From Zygnema circumcarinatum SAG 698-1b (Eukaryota > Plantae > Zygnematophyceae), in assembly GCA_037447605.1 (NCBI GenBank), contig CM074822.1, positions 1 to 64,000 of the forward strand: 64,000 nt of DNA, written 5' to 3'. Each line of letters begins with the position of its first letter. Positions within the stretch are counted from its first letter, which is position 1. The position numbers and the translations under genes are program-made. Under the pieces are notes generated by a model, which was not told where the DNA came from, searched no databases, and saw nothing but the letters and a program-made list of their open reading frames with translations. Positions 47,251-64,000 of the stretch are shown in pieces.

Positions 47251-50200
47251 TCAGCCGTCCTGCGCCTGAAACAGCGTCACGGTGGCGATATGGCCGTTGC
47301 GAAGCACCTGATGCAGCAGCGTTTGAATGAATGAATGTTTAAATGGGAGTGAGTGAATGAATGAACATCAGAGTGCTCGTGCGAGGGTAGGGAGAGGAGG
47401 GGCAGCGTACCTCAAAAGCGATGTTGCGATAGCCATACACATACGTAGGTCCGAATGGATTATCACTCGAACCCCGCGTCTGAATTGCTGCCCGTCCCCC
47501 TGAACCAAGAATCCCCTGAAACCAACATACAATGGCCCCCCCTCAGCGCTTTCCACTGGATTTTGCCCTTGACCCGCACCAGCAACTACTAGGAGATAGG
47601 CATTCAGATCCTTCAACTGACCTGCACATGTTCCCACTTGCTATCTGCAGTAATGCGACGAACGACACCCGCGGTTGTGCCCGCATCACGTATGTCTTCA
47701 TCCATAGCTGCATTGCAACGAAGTCGGAGCCCTCAAAGACAAAGTCAGCCCGCCGTTAGGCATTGCACATTGACGTCGATCGCTTGAGGTGCCTTATCAC
47801 GGGGACAACTTTCTACATAACCGCGGCTTGGCGACGCACACATGAAAGCGTGGATGGATACAGTACCTCGAGGACGAATTATTGTGAAGTTGCATTTCAC
47901 GTGCACGTTGAAGTCTGCGTGGCCCGGGAAGTTGGTGTGCAGCACAAACTTCTTCAGACGGTGGCTCTGTTCCACAGCACTCAGACCGTAGCCCTAGTAA
48001 ACAAGACCGTAGCCCTAGTAAACTTCTTCACCACCAGCTTGCAAAGAAATATGCAGGCAAGCTGGATGGGAGAGGCAGACCTGGCCATCAAAGAGGATAT
48101 CAAGGCCCCTTGCGAAGTAGGAGTAGAGATAATCTCCACACAATGCTGTACGCGGGCGAGGGTCTGAAGCAGAGTGAATAAGCATGGTGTCCACCTGCAC
48201 AGGCAGCCACCGACACAGCATTCGACTCTAGCACAGTCAGCAGCACACAAAGGATGAAGGCATTCTGTAGCACCCACTTAATCTGACACTTAATCTCAAT
48301 CCACACCCTCGCAAAGTCAAAGTCGCCTTTGACGAAATCAGTACTAAAGGAGAGGAAGTAAGAGGTCGGCCTGCTGTAATCGATGCATTTCATGAAGCGC
48401 CCGAAGAAAATGATTCACTGGCAAATAGGCTTACGTGAGTAAGGCATTATCTCAGGACAGAGTCATAGCCAGAGGCTGCAGGTTTAGCAGCCCACCTGCT
48501 TGGGACAGATCGAGCATGGCCTCCCAAGTTCTGTCCACACATCCTGCTCGGAATCATGCCAAACGATTACTTTTTCAATTAAGGCTAGCAACACAGCGGA
48601 ATCCATTCGCCATAGACAATTTTGACAGCTCTGCAGCGTACATGTCAGCCGCAGCCCCTGCTCTGTTCCATTACCTGTGGTGAACTGCCAAACAGCAGCG
48701 ATTGCCCGCCTACAGTAAAGTGCAATCCTTCTGCAAGCTGCTCCCCAGCCAAAGCCCTCATGGCCTGCTGTCAGCTCTTCAGCACTTCTTTTGTGCCCAC
48801 AATTCTGTGAGCTCTAAGATTACAAGCATACCTGGGCGTAGTGAGCATTAGTTTACAAGGGCAGGAACATCCTGGCATTTACAGATACAACAACCTACAG
48901 TCAAGTCTTTGAGTATACACCAGGCTTAATCTCTTGGAAGACTGAAAACTAAGAAAAGCAGGGCTGATTCCGCCTATTACATGTTATTTACAGACCACAT
49001 AAGCAGAGTCCCACATGGCACCTCACTGATAATCACCTTGGCCTGCACCTCCTCCATGTAGATGCTGCCAGGTGGCAGCTGTGGCGGCAGCGATTGGCTG
49101 AGAGCGGGCCCAGTTCCCACTCCTGCCGCCCCTGCATGCAGGCGGATGCGTGACGTGACAGGAGTGGTCCCATCCGGAAATTCCAGAGGGAGCTCAGCTG
49201 CAATCCGTAGACACAACCACTACCTATGTCAGTTAAGAAGAAGGATATCCTATAGCGAGAGACAATGGCGCGAAGGCTTCCCTATTAGTGTGGCTTCACC
49301 ACACTTCTCGATCTTCACTTTCCCAGTCTCCCAGTCTCTTCAGTTCCTACCCAAGTTGAATCTCACGCGTCCATGAGATTGGCGAGTTATACGCAATGGG
49401 GAAAGGCCGGAACTCTGTGTAATAGAGGATATGCTTCAACTGCTTACCTTGCCCGTGGAGGCAGCAGTCAGCATACTGTGGAGGAATTGGGAAAACCAGA
49501 GCAAGTCCCTGCAGCCATAGCCAGTGCCACATGTCAAGCATGAGAGAATGTACCACAACCCATATGACGCCCAAACCTCAGGTCAGCAGTCATATCAAGG
49601 AACAGCAGATTGTTCACAATTGCAGTTAGTCACCCGCAAACCTTTGCTGGGTTCCCTCAGCAGAAGGCACATGCTTCTTTAGCATGAATAACAAAAAAAT
49701 GGGCAACGCACCTACCGGATAAAACAGAGTGTACACGCGACGGTCCACGTTGTAGGTCCCGGGAAATGTGGGGCCGAGCACCGCATACACACGCACAAAG
49801 GTGGCGGGAATACCGGGGCCGCTGCCGCCCCCCCGGCAGCTCCGCATCAGCAATGAGCCGCCATCTTAAGAGGCCATTCTTCTTTTGCCTTCCGTCTGCA
49901 TGGGACTGGCCATTTGCAACGGCTTATTTCAAGCAGGAGCTAAGGGTTTCAATCACGAGTAGCTTGGTTTCTTCTAAGCACACGTTCAGATAAGCAACAC
50001 AAGGATTAAAATTAAGTTCTGCATACCCAATTGTGGAGGTGGCATAGCGCATTTGCAGCCGTGTAAGGTCGTAGACTTCTATGAGACGCAGGCGCTGAGA
50101 AAAAACCATCACTCTCCGGAATCCGTCAGGACATCCTCTACGAAACCTATGGGGCTCTTGTTGTAAAAGAGCACTTTCTTCAAATTCAGTTTCAGTGCAA

Positions 50201-50781
50201 GGTGACAGAAAGTGATATGCGTGCGTCGGTGCAGCCTCAAAAGGAGTGGTAATTCGACTGCTGAGGGTCCTCCTGAGGGTCCTCCTGAGGGTACGCACGC
50301 GTGCAAGAAGAGCAGGCACAGCGAGGCAACGCACGAGAACAACAAAACAAACCTGCGAGCGAGGGTCAAAGCGGAGATGGAAACCGAGGTGGGGAAAGGC
50401 CACCACAATATCCCAAAGCAGCGGTTCCTGCATACCAGCACGATACCGGCAAGAAGGATCAGGCCGCACCTTCAGCTAGCTTCTGTAAATTTACGGCCCT
50501 GTCCACTGCAAACTTTCCGACATGCGTGGGAGAGTACCTGCTCACTGTACTTGATGTGCGTGCTCGCAAAAAGAGATCGCTGCTGGTCCGCCTGTGCGAG
50601 GGCCTCGCAGAGCGGCATGCCTGCACGCGCCCGTCCGGAAACCAAGCCGCACACGCGTGAGCAGGGCAGGGCAGGGAAGGGCAGGGCAATGGCACGCAGG
50701 CGGGGCAGTACAGGGGGCAGCACCGAGCGTGAAAGGCCCGAGACCCAGGCCCGGCCGCAGCTCCAGCGTCGCCAGCCCCAT
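47251..50781 (-). CDS. PHAF1: PHAF1 / UPF0183 family protein (C16orf70-like), many short exons
   Basis: [13 protein letters not shown] | MPLCEALAQ | [10 protein letters not shown] | [10 protein letters not shown] | [14 protein letters not shown] | [12 protein letters not shown] | [16 protein letters not shown] | [16 protein letters not shown] | [11 protein letters not shown] | [13 protein letters not shown]. Confidence 0.92.
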
Positions 50782-51267
50782 AGCGCCTCCTCCTCTTCTC
50801 CCTCCCTCCCTCCCTCCCCTTCAGGGCGGGCGGCATCTCTTACGGGCGAGGCCCTCCGGAGAGAGGGAGGGCCGTACGGCACCGTCTGGTACTGTACGGA
50901 AAATTCGTACGGTTGGTCGGTCTGTCGGCATCTGAAAGTGACATGACATGACGTGACGTGGAGTGACGTGTCATAAAAAAACAGCGAGGCGGGGCCTGCC
51001 CGCCGCTCGCTGCTGCGATGGGGCACGACACGGAACGGAACGGACAGAACGGAACAGAACGGGGCGGAACGGGGCGGAACGGAACGGGAGACACCAGTTT
51101 GCCCTCGACCTCGCAGAAGCGCGCCCGACCACGACTCCCAACCCCGCCACTCATCTGCTCTCCTGCTGAGCCTAAAAAATTATACAGATTTGGAAAAAAT
51201 ATGCTACAACGCAATTTTCTATACATGGGCAGATAGATATCCGCGAAGGATAACGCATCTCAAAACA

Positions 51268-54200
51268 TCAATGTCTGCTATGTCTCAACAATGTGATCTC
51301 CTCCCCGTCCCCGTCCCCGTCCCCGTCCCCGTCCCCGTCCCCGTCCCCGTCCCCGTCCCCGTCCTCCCCTCCGTCGGCTCCGAGCCCTCCCCCGCGGCTG
51401 CCGCCGTCACGGGGCGGCTGCCGCCTCCAGAGGGCGGCCGTGGGGGAGCCGGGGACCGACCCGACCTCGCTCCCGGTCCCCGTCCCGGTCCCGGTCCCCG
51501 TCCTGGTCCCCGTCCCGGTCCCCGGCGGCCAGGGCCAGGGACCGGCCTCCTCCGCGATGGAGCTGGCGGCGGGCGAAGAGGAGGAGGAGGGGTCCTCCGC
51601 CAGCTCCATGGCTTTGCTCGAGTCGTCCACCCAGTTCTGTATTCTTGCGCGTTCCCTATCGGCGGGGTATGTCCAGTACATGCCGGTTATCAAAGTCACG
51701 CAGACTAGAAAGGGGACGGCTATTGTCAAGTACAGTCCCTTTGCAAGGGAGTACGCATCGTCCAAATCTTTAGGGCTTGGCTGCCCTGCTGCATCACTCC
51801 CTTCAGCGTCTGCAGACTGCGAGAATCCGTAGAGCTTTACTGCCAGGAAGCCCACAAGAGGGGAGCCTACTGCTGCCACCGACTTCTCCAGCGCCATGTC
51901 GAAGGCATAAATGGCGGTCCGAAGGCGGGCCGGCACTATCTGTCCCACCCAGCATGCACACAAAGGGGCAAAGTAGGTCCTCGGCACTGAGAAATTCCAT
52001 CGACAGAACGAAGAAATGAAAGCACACGAGGAACAGAAAGCTGCTGCGCTCAGCCACTCCGAAAGAAACAACTACCCACCAGATTCAGCTACACCACTAT
52101 CACAGTCACTCCAACTAAAAACTCATTCACGACTTCGTTCATTGCAGGAATGCCCTTGGTCTCACCTCAGCAAAGATGGGCCAATTGCAGGCTGGCGAAT
52201 TCCAGGAAATGAGAAAGCCCATAACGAAGAAAACGGCCGCGAAAGCGGCAGGCCAACGGCCGCCATAGGGCAGCCCGAGGAGCAGCACCGCCGAGAGGGG
52301 AATGGCCGAACCCGCGCTCACTTGCGCGCAGAGAATGCGACCCACATTGGGATGGCGGAGAGCCGCCCAGTCGCCCAGCCACCCCCCGAACACGGACCCG
52401 CACATGTTGCCCACAGCAAGCAGGGCAACCTGTCACCCACCCTCTGCCAGCTATCAGCAGGCAGCAAGGCCCTCCCTCCCTCCATCCCTCACAGGACCTT
52501 CCTTTCCCTCCATCTCTCACAGCCCTCACAGGGACCTTCCTCTCCCTCCATCCCTCACAGCCCTCACAGGGACCTTCCTCTCCCTCCATCCCTCACAGCC
52601 CTCACAGGGACCTTCCTCTCCCTCCATCCCTCACCTTCCTCTCCCTCCATCCCTCACAGCCCTCACAGGGACCTTCCTCTCCCTCCATCCCTCACAGCCC
52701 TCACAGGGACCTTCCTCTCCCTCCATCCCTCACAGCCCTCACAGGGACCTTCCTCTCCCTCCATCCCTCCACAGGGACCTTCCTCTCCCTCCATCCCTCA
52801 CAGCCCTCACAGGGACCTTCCTCTCCCTCCATCCCTCACAGCCCTCACAGGGACCTTCCTCTCCCTCCATCCCTCACAGGGACCTTCCTCTCCCTCCATC
52901 CCTCACAGCCCTCACAGGGACCTTCCTCTCCCTCCATCCCTCACAGCCCTCACAGGGACCTCTCCCTCCATCCCTCACAGCCCTCACAGGGACCTTCCTC
53001 TCCCTCCATCCCTCACAGCCCTCACAGGGACCTTCCTCTCCCTCCATCCCTCACAGCCCTCACAGGGACCTTCCTCTCCCTCCATCCCTCACAGCCCTCA
53101 CAGGGACCTTCCTCTCCCTCCATCCCTCACAGCCCTCACAGGGACCTTCCTCTCCCTCCATCCCTCACAGCCCTCACAGGGACCTTCCTCTCCCTCCATC
53201 CCTCACAGCCCTCACAGGGACCTTCCTCTCCCTCCATCACTCACAGCCCTCACAGGGACCTTCCTCTCCCTCCATCCCTCACAGCCCTTACAGGGACCTT
53301 CCTCTCCCTCCATCCCTGACAGCCCTCACAGGGACCTTCCTCTCACACTGGTAAATCGTCGTCCGCAACACATGACCTCCGACGCAACGACAAGAGCAAA
53401 AAACACCACCAACAATGTGCTGTTTGCTTCCCTTAAGGCCACACAGACCTTACACGCCTAAAAAACTCCTGCGTTTGCTAATGGGGGGAGATTCCAGATA
53501 CATTCCCTCCGAGCCAAAGAGTGTCACCACCCTCATCTCCGGCAGTGACTTCTGCTGAAGCGGCGCAGATAAACATACCAGCAGGGCCGCCATTGCGTGG
53601 GAGAAGCCCGTGAGCTCGAGCCATAGCGTGAAGAAGAGCATGGCGTTCCATGGCAGCTGCCCCGCCACGCCCTGTGCGACCACCACCTGGAATGTGCGCA
53701 CACCCAGCACGTGTCTGGCGTCTTCCAGGAGCTCTCTCAGCTCCCGAACAATGGAGGAGCCCTCATCCTTGCTTCTGAGCAGGACAGGATAGATAACATG
53801 AAACACGGTTAATACAAGGCTCAATGTCAGTCTAGCCGTATTCTCAATTTGGGGGTTTTGTCATCACGTTTGTATTCGTTACGAGATGACGATATCTCTC
53901 CTGACTTCCTGATCCCCTAAATACTGTTCAAAAACGAGTTTGAAAGGCAGGTTCAATGCCGTATGTTCTTTCATTCATGCCAAACCCGGCAAACTCCTTG
54001 CGAAGCTGATTCGCTCTGTAGGCGAGTTCCAAACGTCATGCCTGCTAATGCTAAATGACCTCACGTCCACTCTTCTGATAATCAGCCTCAAACAAGAATG
54101 ATACCCCACTCCACTTTCTGAAGCTAAGGACCACAACGCAGAAGTTTATTATGTTCATCAATCCGATCCCTTCAACGTCCCAGAGCTGCCCTGGAGAGCA

Positions 54201-55330
54201 ATTGAAACAAACCAACTGCTGACTGCATGTGTCCATCTGCCTGCGTGGGCGCACCTCACCTCCTTTGCTGCAGTGTGGGCGGGCAGGGGTCGCGCGCAAA
54301 GTGGCAGAGCGCCGCCGCCAAGACCGCGCTGGCGAGGCCCACCGCGAGGAAGGCCGCCTGCCAGCCCGCGAGGCCGAGCAGCCGCCGCGGGGCGAGCACG
54401 GTCGCCAGGGCGCCGCCGGCAATGGACCCGACCTGCCCCGCCGCGTGCAGCCACCCAAAGGCGGCGCCCCTCTGCTCCTCCGAGTGGAAATCCGCCACCA
54501 ACGACTGAATCGCGGGACCAACTACGGCGAGGCCCACGCCGTTGGCTGCTCGAGCAACTGCCACCTGAACCAGCAATGCCAAATCTCGATGGCTGTGTTA
54601 GCAATGGTCTACGCAAAGGGGCGGTGCTGGAATGTGCCGGAATCGAGCACAGACTGTCAATCACTTGTGGACGCGATGGAAATTTGTCAAGAGGTGAGCG
54701 CAGATGTTCCATATTAACGCAAGGTTCTATCATTCCTGGTTTATTTCTGGAAAAATGTACCGATGAGCGCGTGAGCTAACTCAGGGCATGCAACATGGCA
54801 CAATTAAAGGTAGCACGGTGAAGAAATTTGGAGAAAGCCTCCACATTTCAGGATTGGGTGTCAATGAGCTGAAACGAGGTCCTCAGACACTTGACGTTGC
54901 AATTCACCCAGAGAACAACAAGAGCAGTCTGCATTCGGAAGCAGAGCGCTTCAAGTTGGAGGAGTCACTCTGCATGCCGCGAGTGCAATGATCCTCCCTG
55001 GTGGAGGATGCAGGTCGTGGGAAAGCAGCAATGTGGGGCGTTGCTCACTAGCCAGTAGGAGTGAGCGAACGCAGTGGCAACCGTGGCAGCGGCCCAGGCG
55101 GCTGCGCCGGCGGCGACGAGGTGCGGGCGGCTGTAGCGCGCGGCGAGCAGCGCGGCGAGGGGCGAGGCGGCGGCCTGCACGGCCGCGCGCGCGAAGGAGA
55201 GCGCGCCCAGGCCCATCGGCGTGGCGCCCAGCTCCCGCCCGAGCTCCGCGTACACCGCCGGCACCAGCGCCTCGTCCGCGCGCTCCAGCGCCGCCGCCGC
55301 GCTCACCAACGCCACCGTCACCGCCGCCAT
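51268..55330 (-). CDS. Major facilitator superfamily transporter (plant UNE2/spinster-like), 5 exons
   Basis: ERADEALVPAVY.ELG, RAANGVGLAVVGPAIQSLVAD...RGAAFGW, TFQVVVAQGVAGQLPW, SWNSPACNWPIFAE, IVPARLRTAIYAFD and YWTYPADR; low-complexity GT/GD tail. Confidence 0.92.
52468..53345. repeat. 38-bp intronic minisatellite (~23 units, with partial units)
   Basis: The unit CCCTCACAGCCCTCACAGGGACCTTCCTCTCCCTCCAT lies in the intron between MFS exons ending ~53578 and starting ~52429. Confidence 0.95.
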
Positions 55331-55603
55331 GGCCGCCTCCTCCACCTCCTCCTCCCCCTCCCCCTCTCTGCCTCGCCCCGCGGAAGCCTGCCCCCGCCCC
55401 CGCCCGGTCGTGGGCGCCTTCTTCGTTCCCTCCCTCGGACTCGGAGAGGTCCCTCCCCGACCCGTACGGCCACGTCTGTACGGAACATAGTGTGTACGGC
55501 TGCCGTACCGTGGCCGTGTCGCCTGCCTGCCTGCCTGTCTGCGCCCTCGGCCGCCTCTTCCTGCTGCTGCTGCTGCTGCTGCTACTGCTTCTGCCGCGCC
55601 GCC
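55331..55603. promoter_or_regulatory. Very short putative bidirectional promoter between MFS and WDR43
   Basis: Head-to-head ATGs (55330 minus, 55604 plus) separated by 273 bp; four GTAC-core sites at 55462-55509; (CTG)n tract. Confidence 0.6.
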
Positions 55604-60849
<5,246 letters not shown>

Positions 60850-61203
60850 GTCTTGCAATATGTCCGTGTTCAAAATGCTGAGAACTACACAATTCTGATG
60901 AGGAAAGTCATAAAATTTACTCAGCCACTGGTACCGATGTTGGGGGATGCTTCACTGCCGCACTTGCCGAGTGTGCAACTGCGAAGGAGACAGTCACGTG
61001 CTGTCAGGAATGCGTAATTTTTACTGCACTCGAAAACGGTTGAGCACGATGAGCATGGTTCGTTTCTGGTGCGGTGACCTCTGCGGAGCCCTCTCCAGCA
61101 TCGACAACGAATTCTACTGGTCAAGACAAAAAAAAAATTACAACTAGTCACACCGTTCACCTAGATTTCGCTGAGGACGAGCAGCGGACGGCGACAAAAT
61201 GGT

Positions 61204-61595
61204 GCCCGCCCGCCCGCCCGCCCGCCCGCCCGCCGGCCACCGGCCACCGGTCGGTCGTTCCAGTCAGCAGTCACGACAGAGCCACGTGGCGGCCAGCCCG
61301 CCCGCCCGCCCGCCGCCCGCCGCCCGCCCGCCCGCCGGCCACCGGTCGGTCGTTCCAGTCAGCAGTCACGCGAGTGCCACGTGGCGGCCAGCGCCCGCGC
61401 GCGGCCAAATTTCGAGCGGTGCAGTAGTCGTACCCAGCGTACTTCTCCGCCGTCGGATGCGCCACGTAGACCCTCACACCCGTTCCCGCCGTCAGATGCG
61501 ACACGAGGCCGCTCAACTGCCCGCCCTCGCCCGCTCAATGGGCGAGGCGCTCCACCTTTCCCGGCGCGTCCGCCAGTGGGAGGGCGCCACGTGTT
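61204..61595. promoter_or_regulatory. Duplicated ~90-bp upstream module and G-box/ABRE cluster before the GDSL-like gene
   Basis: (CCCG)n-GGCCACCGGTCGGTCGTTCCAGTCAGCAGTCACG-..-GCCACGTGGCGGCCAGC occurs twice (GCCACGTGGC at ~61280 and ~61376); further GCCACGT at ~61461 and ~61586. Confidence 0.6.
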
Positions 61596-61717
61596 CATGA
61601 TGGCGAGTGGCAACGGGCCGATGCGGACGCGCGCTCGGCCGCTCCGCCGCGGCGCGCGTACAAAGTGGGAGAGAAAGGGCTACCGGCGGTGACTGACTGA
61701 CTGCCCGACTGCCCGCC

Positions 61718-64000
61718 ATGGCGACATCCCTCCCCCTGCTGCTGCTCGGCGCGGCCATGGCGCTCCTGCTCCGCACCCTCCCTGCGGCCGCCGTCCTTCG
61801 GGGCTCAAGTAGGATGCTTGCACAAGTGCATGCGACGTGCCCGCAAACCGCGCTCAGTCTGTGCAGCTTCTACTTCGAAGGGTACGAGGCGGCGCCCCCC
61901 GTGATCGGGCTGGACGGTGCGCCGGACCGCGCTGTGAGTCCCGCCCTGTTGGCAAAAGACGCGAGCACGGGGAAGAGCGTGCCGGTAGTGGTGGGCAGCA
62001 CAGGCGAAGCGACGTCCCTGTGCGGCTCCAACATCACCTTCTCGGGGCAGTTCTACATAACGGGACAGCCGTCACGCCTTCACGTCCGCACCTTCAACAA
62101 GGTAACTGCTGCTCACGGCCCTCTCCGCATAGAAGCCTTTCCCATGCCTGTTTGCGGAAGCCGCTGAGCTTGAATGGACCTTCGGCGGCTTGCAGGGTCC
62201 GCGGGCGGCCTTTGCGAACTTGTGCGTTGTGCTGCCACTCCGAACAGTGCGCGCGGGCGCGCTCGAGCTCCGCCCCGGAGACGCGCATCAAAAAGAGTAC
62301 CCTGAGATGCGCCGCTGCGTCCTCTTCTCTACCGGCCCCTCCTCCGCCTGCACACTCCCCTCGTCCTCTCCCTCTCCCCCTCCCTCTCCCTCTCCCCCTC
62401 CCCCTCCCCCCAGGTTCAGCCTCCCCGATCGCCTGCCCTTCTCCCCCCTTGTGTTCAAGCCGTACGGCGCGTTCTTTATATTTGGTGACGGTGCGGTTGA
62501 CATTGGAAACAACAACGCTATAAGCGGAAGCCCGTTCAAGGCGAATTACCTGCCATACGGCATCGACTACATGCCTGCCAACGGCCGCTTCTCGAACGGA
62601 AAGATCTCCTTCGACTACAGCGGTGCGCGAAATAATGATTGTTGATGCTCTACTGCTATCGAGATTCATTGTTAGATTTTTTAATATTGGTGTTTTTCTG
62701 CCACCGCTTCCGCACCCTTGCCTGCCTCTGCGGTTGGCCCCGTTTCACTTTTGTAGTTGCTGAGGACTAACCGTTTCTTCTTGCTCCGTGGCTTCTTGTA
62801 ACAGTGGAATTCTTAGGACTCGCTCCCGTGCCCAAGTACGCAGATTTCAATGCGGCTACTTCATCGGACTTCTTTTCAGCAGGGGTCAATTTTACCTCGT
62901 TTGGGTTAGGGTTCGTGAAGGCAGGAATCAATTTTGCCTCAGCGGGGTCAGGGATACTCTCAGAGACAAACTGCATGGCGGTAAGATCGCACACCCCTTT
63001 TTGTTCCGGTCTACTTTCAGACATGTGATAGTAAAGAGTAGAGCCCCTGACGTTTGCTTATGTTTGAATAATCGCATTTTAACGTGCAGAACACACTTTG
63101 CCATTCACTCAGCTTCCAAGTTAGCCAGTTCCTGGCTGCGAGTTCGAACTACACTGCGGAGGTGAGTATCGATTGCATTCTCGTTTCAAAGCATGGTCAA
63201 TACTTACTCTTATTTTAGAAAGTGCGTTGACATGCTCTTCGTGACTCGTTCCCGGCATGGTTTCTTTGTAAATCGAGATGTGTGGTGTCGCACGGCATAC
63301 GGAAGTCAGTGTCAGCTGAAAACTGCTGTCACCGAATGCACCGCCATGGGACGCATGGAGTGGGGGGGTGTAGGAGAGAGCGACGAGTCTGTTCGTCATC
63401 TCGTCGGGAGGAATGGACTATTCCGTATATTTGGCGAACCCGTCAGGAGTCAATGCTACGGAACTCATTGGTAGGGTGATCGGTGGACTCGCTGAGATAT
63501 TGCAGGTGAGAGTAAGCATAGTCTGGCACAGGATTCAGGAAATGGCCAGTCAGATCATCAGTCTGTCAGATATTCGGGGTATTCATCGGATGGAGGAGTG
63601 AATTTTGCTGCTCGTCACTTAGCGCACATGCCCGATCATGCTTCTATCATACTAAGGGCTGTTTTTATCTTCCAATCTGAAGATCGCAAATCTTAATAAG
63701 CCATCTCACCAACAGTGCGAACGAGCTAAGTGAGCAGATCATGTAAAAGTAATTTAGAACTTGTGTTTCAGCCATGGAATCAAGAATCAATCACATGCTC
63801 TCTTACGTTCTGTCTTATTCCCAGAATGTTGGCACCTCACTACCAGCCGGGTAGAGCCTCCTCGCCTCCGTGTTTAAGTTGAAAATCTTGAACACTAAAT
63901 CGCTGCTCTGTGATTAATCGGTTGAAATTTTGTTCCCCTTCGTTTGACAGACTCTGTACACCGCCGGCGCCCGCAAGTTCCTTCTCAGTGAGCTCGCTGA
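61718..64000 (+). CDS. Secreted GDSL/SGNH lipase-like protein with extra N-terminal domain and Ser/Pro linker; probably catalytically inactive; 3' end beyond window
   Basis: Signal peptide; FIFGDGAVDIGNNN, ANYLPYGIDY, GRFSNGK, GINFASAGSGIL, SLSFQVSQF, SLFVISSGGMDY and TLYTAGARKF on GT-AG exons. Confidence 0.88.

Noticed and set aside
47984-48023. 21-bp direct duplication AGACCGTAGCCCTAGTAAAC in a PHAF1 intron
   Set aside because: Simple local slippage; no TIRs or other element features.
52016-53461. 481-aa and 350-aa repetitive ORFs on the + strand
   Set aside because: Translation of the 38-bp intronic minisatellite, antisense to the MFS gene.

Overview
Eukaryotic genomic DNA with intron-rich, plant-type genes; a streptophyte alga or early-diverging plant is inferred, not established. 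The left 27.7 kb is the edge of a 174-bp tandem satellite array (1011-13250 and 26702-~27697) with 13-mer and 5-mer higher-order periods and a diverged outer layer. One Ty1/copia family has invaded it repeatedly. A + strand LTR lies at 1-1010. A full - strand element lies at 13251-26701 (TSD TCTTT) and carries, in its protease region and 116 bp apart, a younger copy of the same family (19981-~24596) and a gag-only Ty3/gypsy element (17121-19864, TSD TCAGG). This resembles a centromere-like satellite with a satellite-seeking, self-nesting copia. Only ~560 bp past the last monomer a compact gene block begins: ASCC2 (-), SAM50 (-), a signal-peptide/TPR/TM protein (TTC17-like, -), a SOUL heme-binding protein (+), PHAF1/UPF0183 (-), an UNE2-like MFS transporter (-), WDR43/UTP5 (+), and a secreted GDSL/SGNH-like protein truncated by the window end. 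That last protein has lost its catalytic Ser and oxyanion Asn and is fused to an unassigned Cys-containing N-terminal domain. Promoter regions carry CCGTAC(GG), CACGT and G-box clusters and a G-quadruplex minisatellite. Introns hold a telomere-like tract, a 38-bp minisatellite and ~680 bp of (GA)n. Two N gaps and several error-rich patches limit base-level conclusions in the repeat half. All alignments and counts were done by eye.
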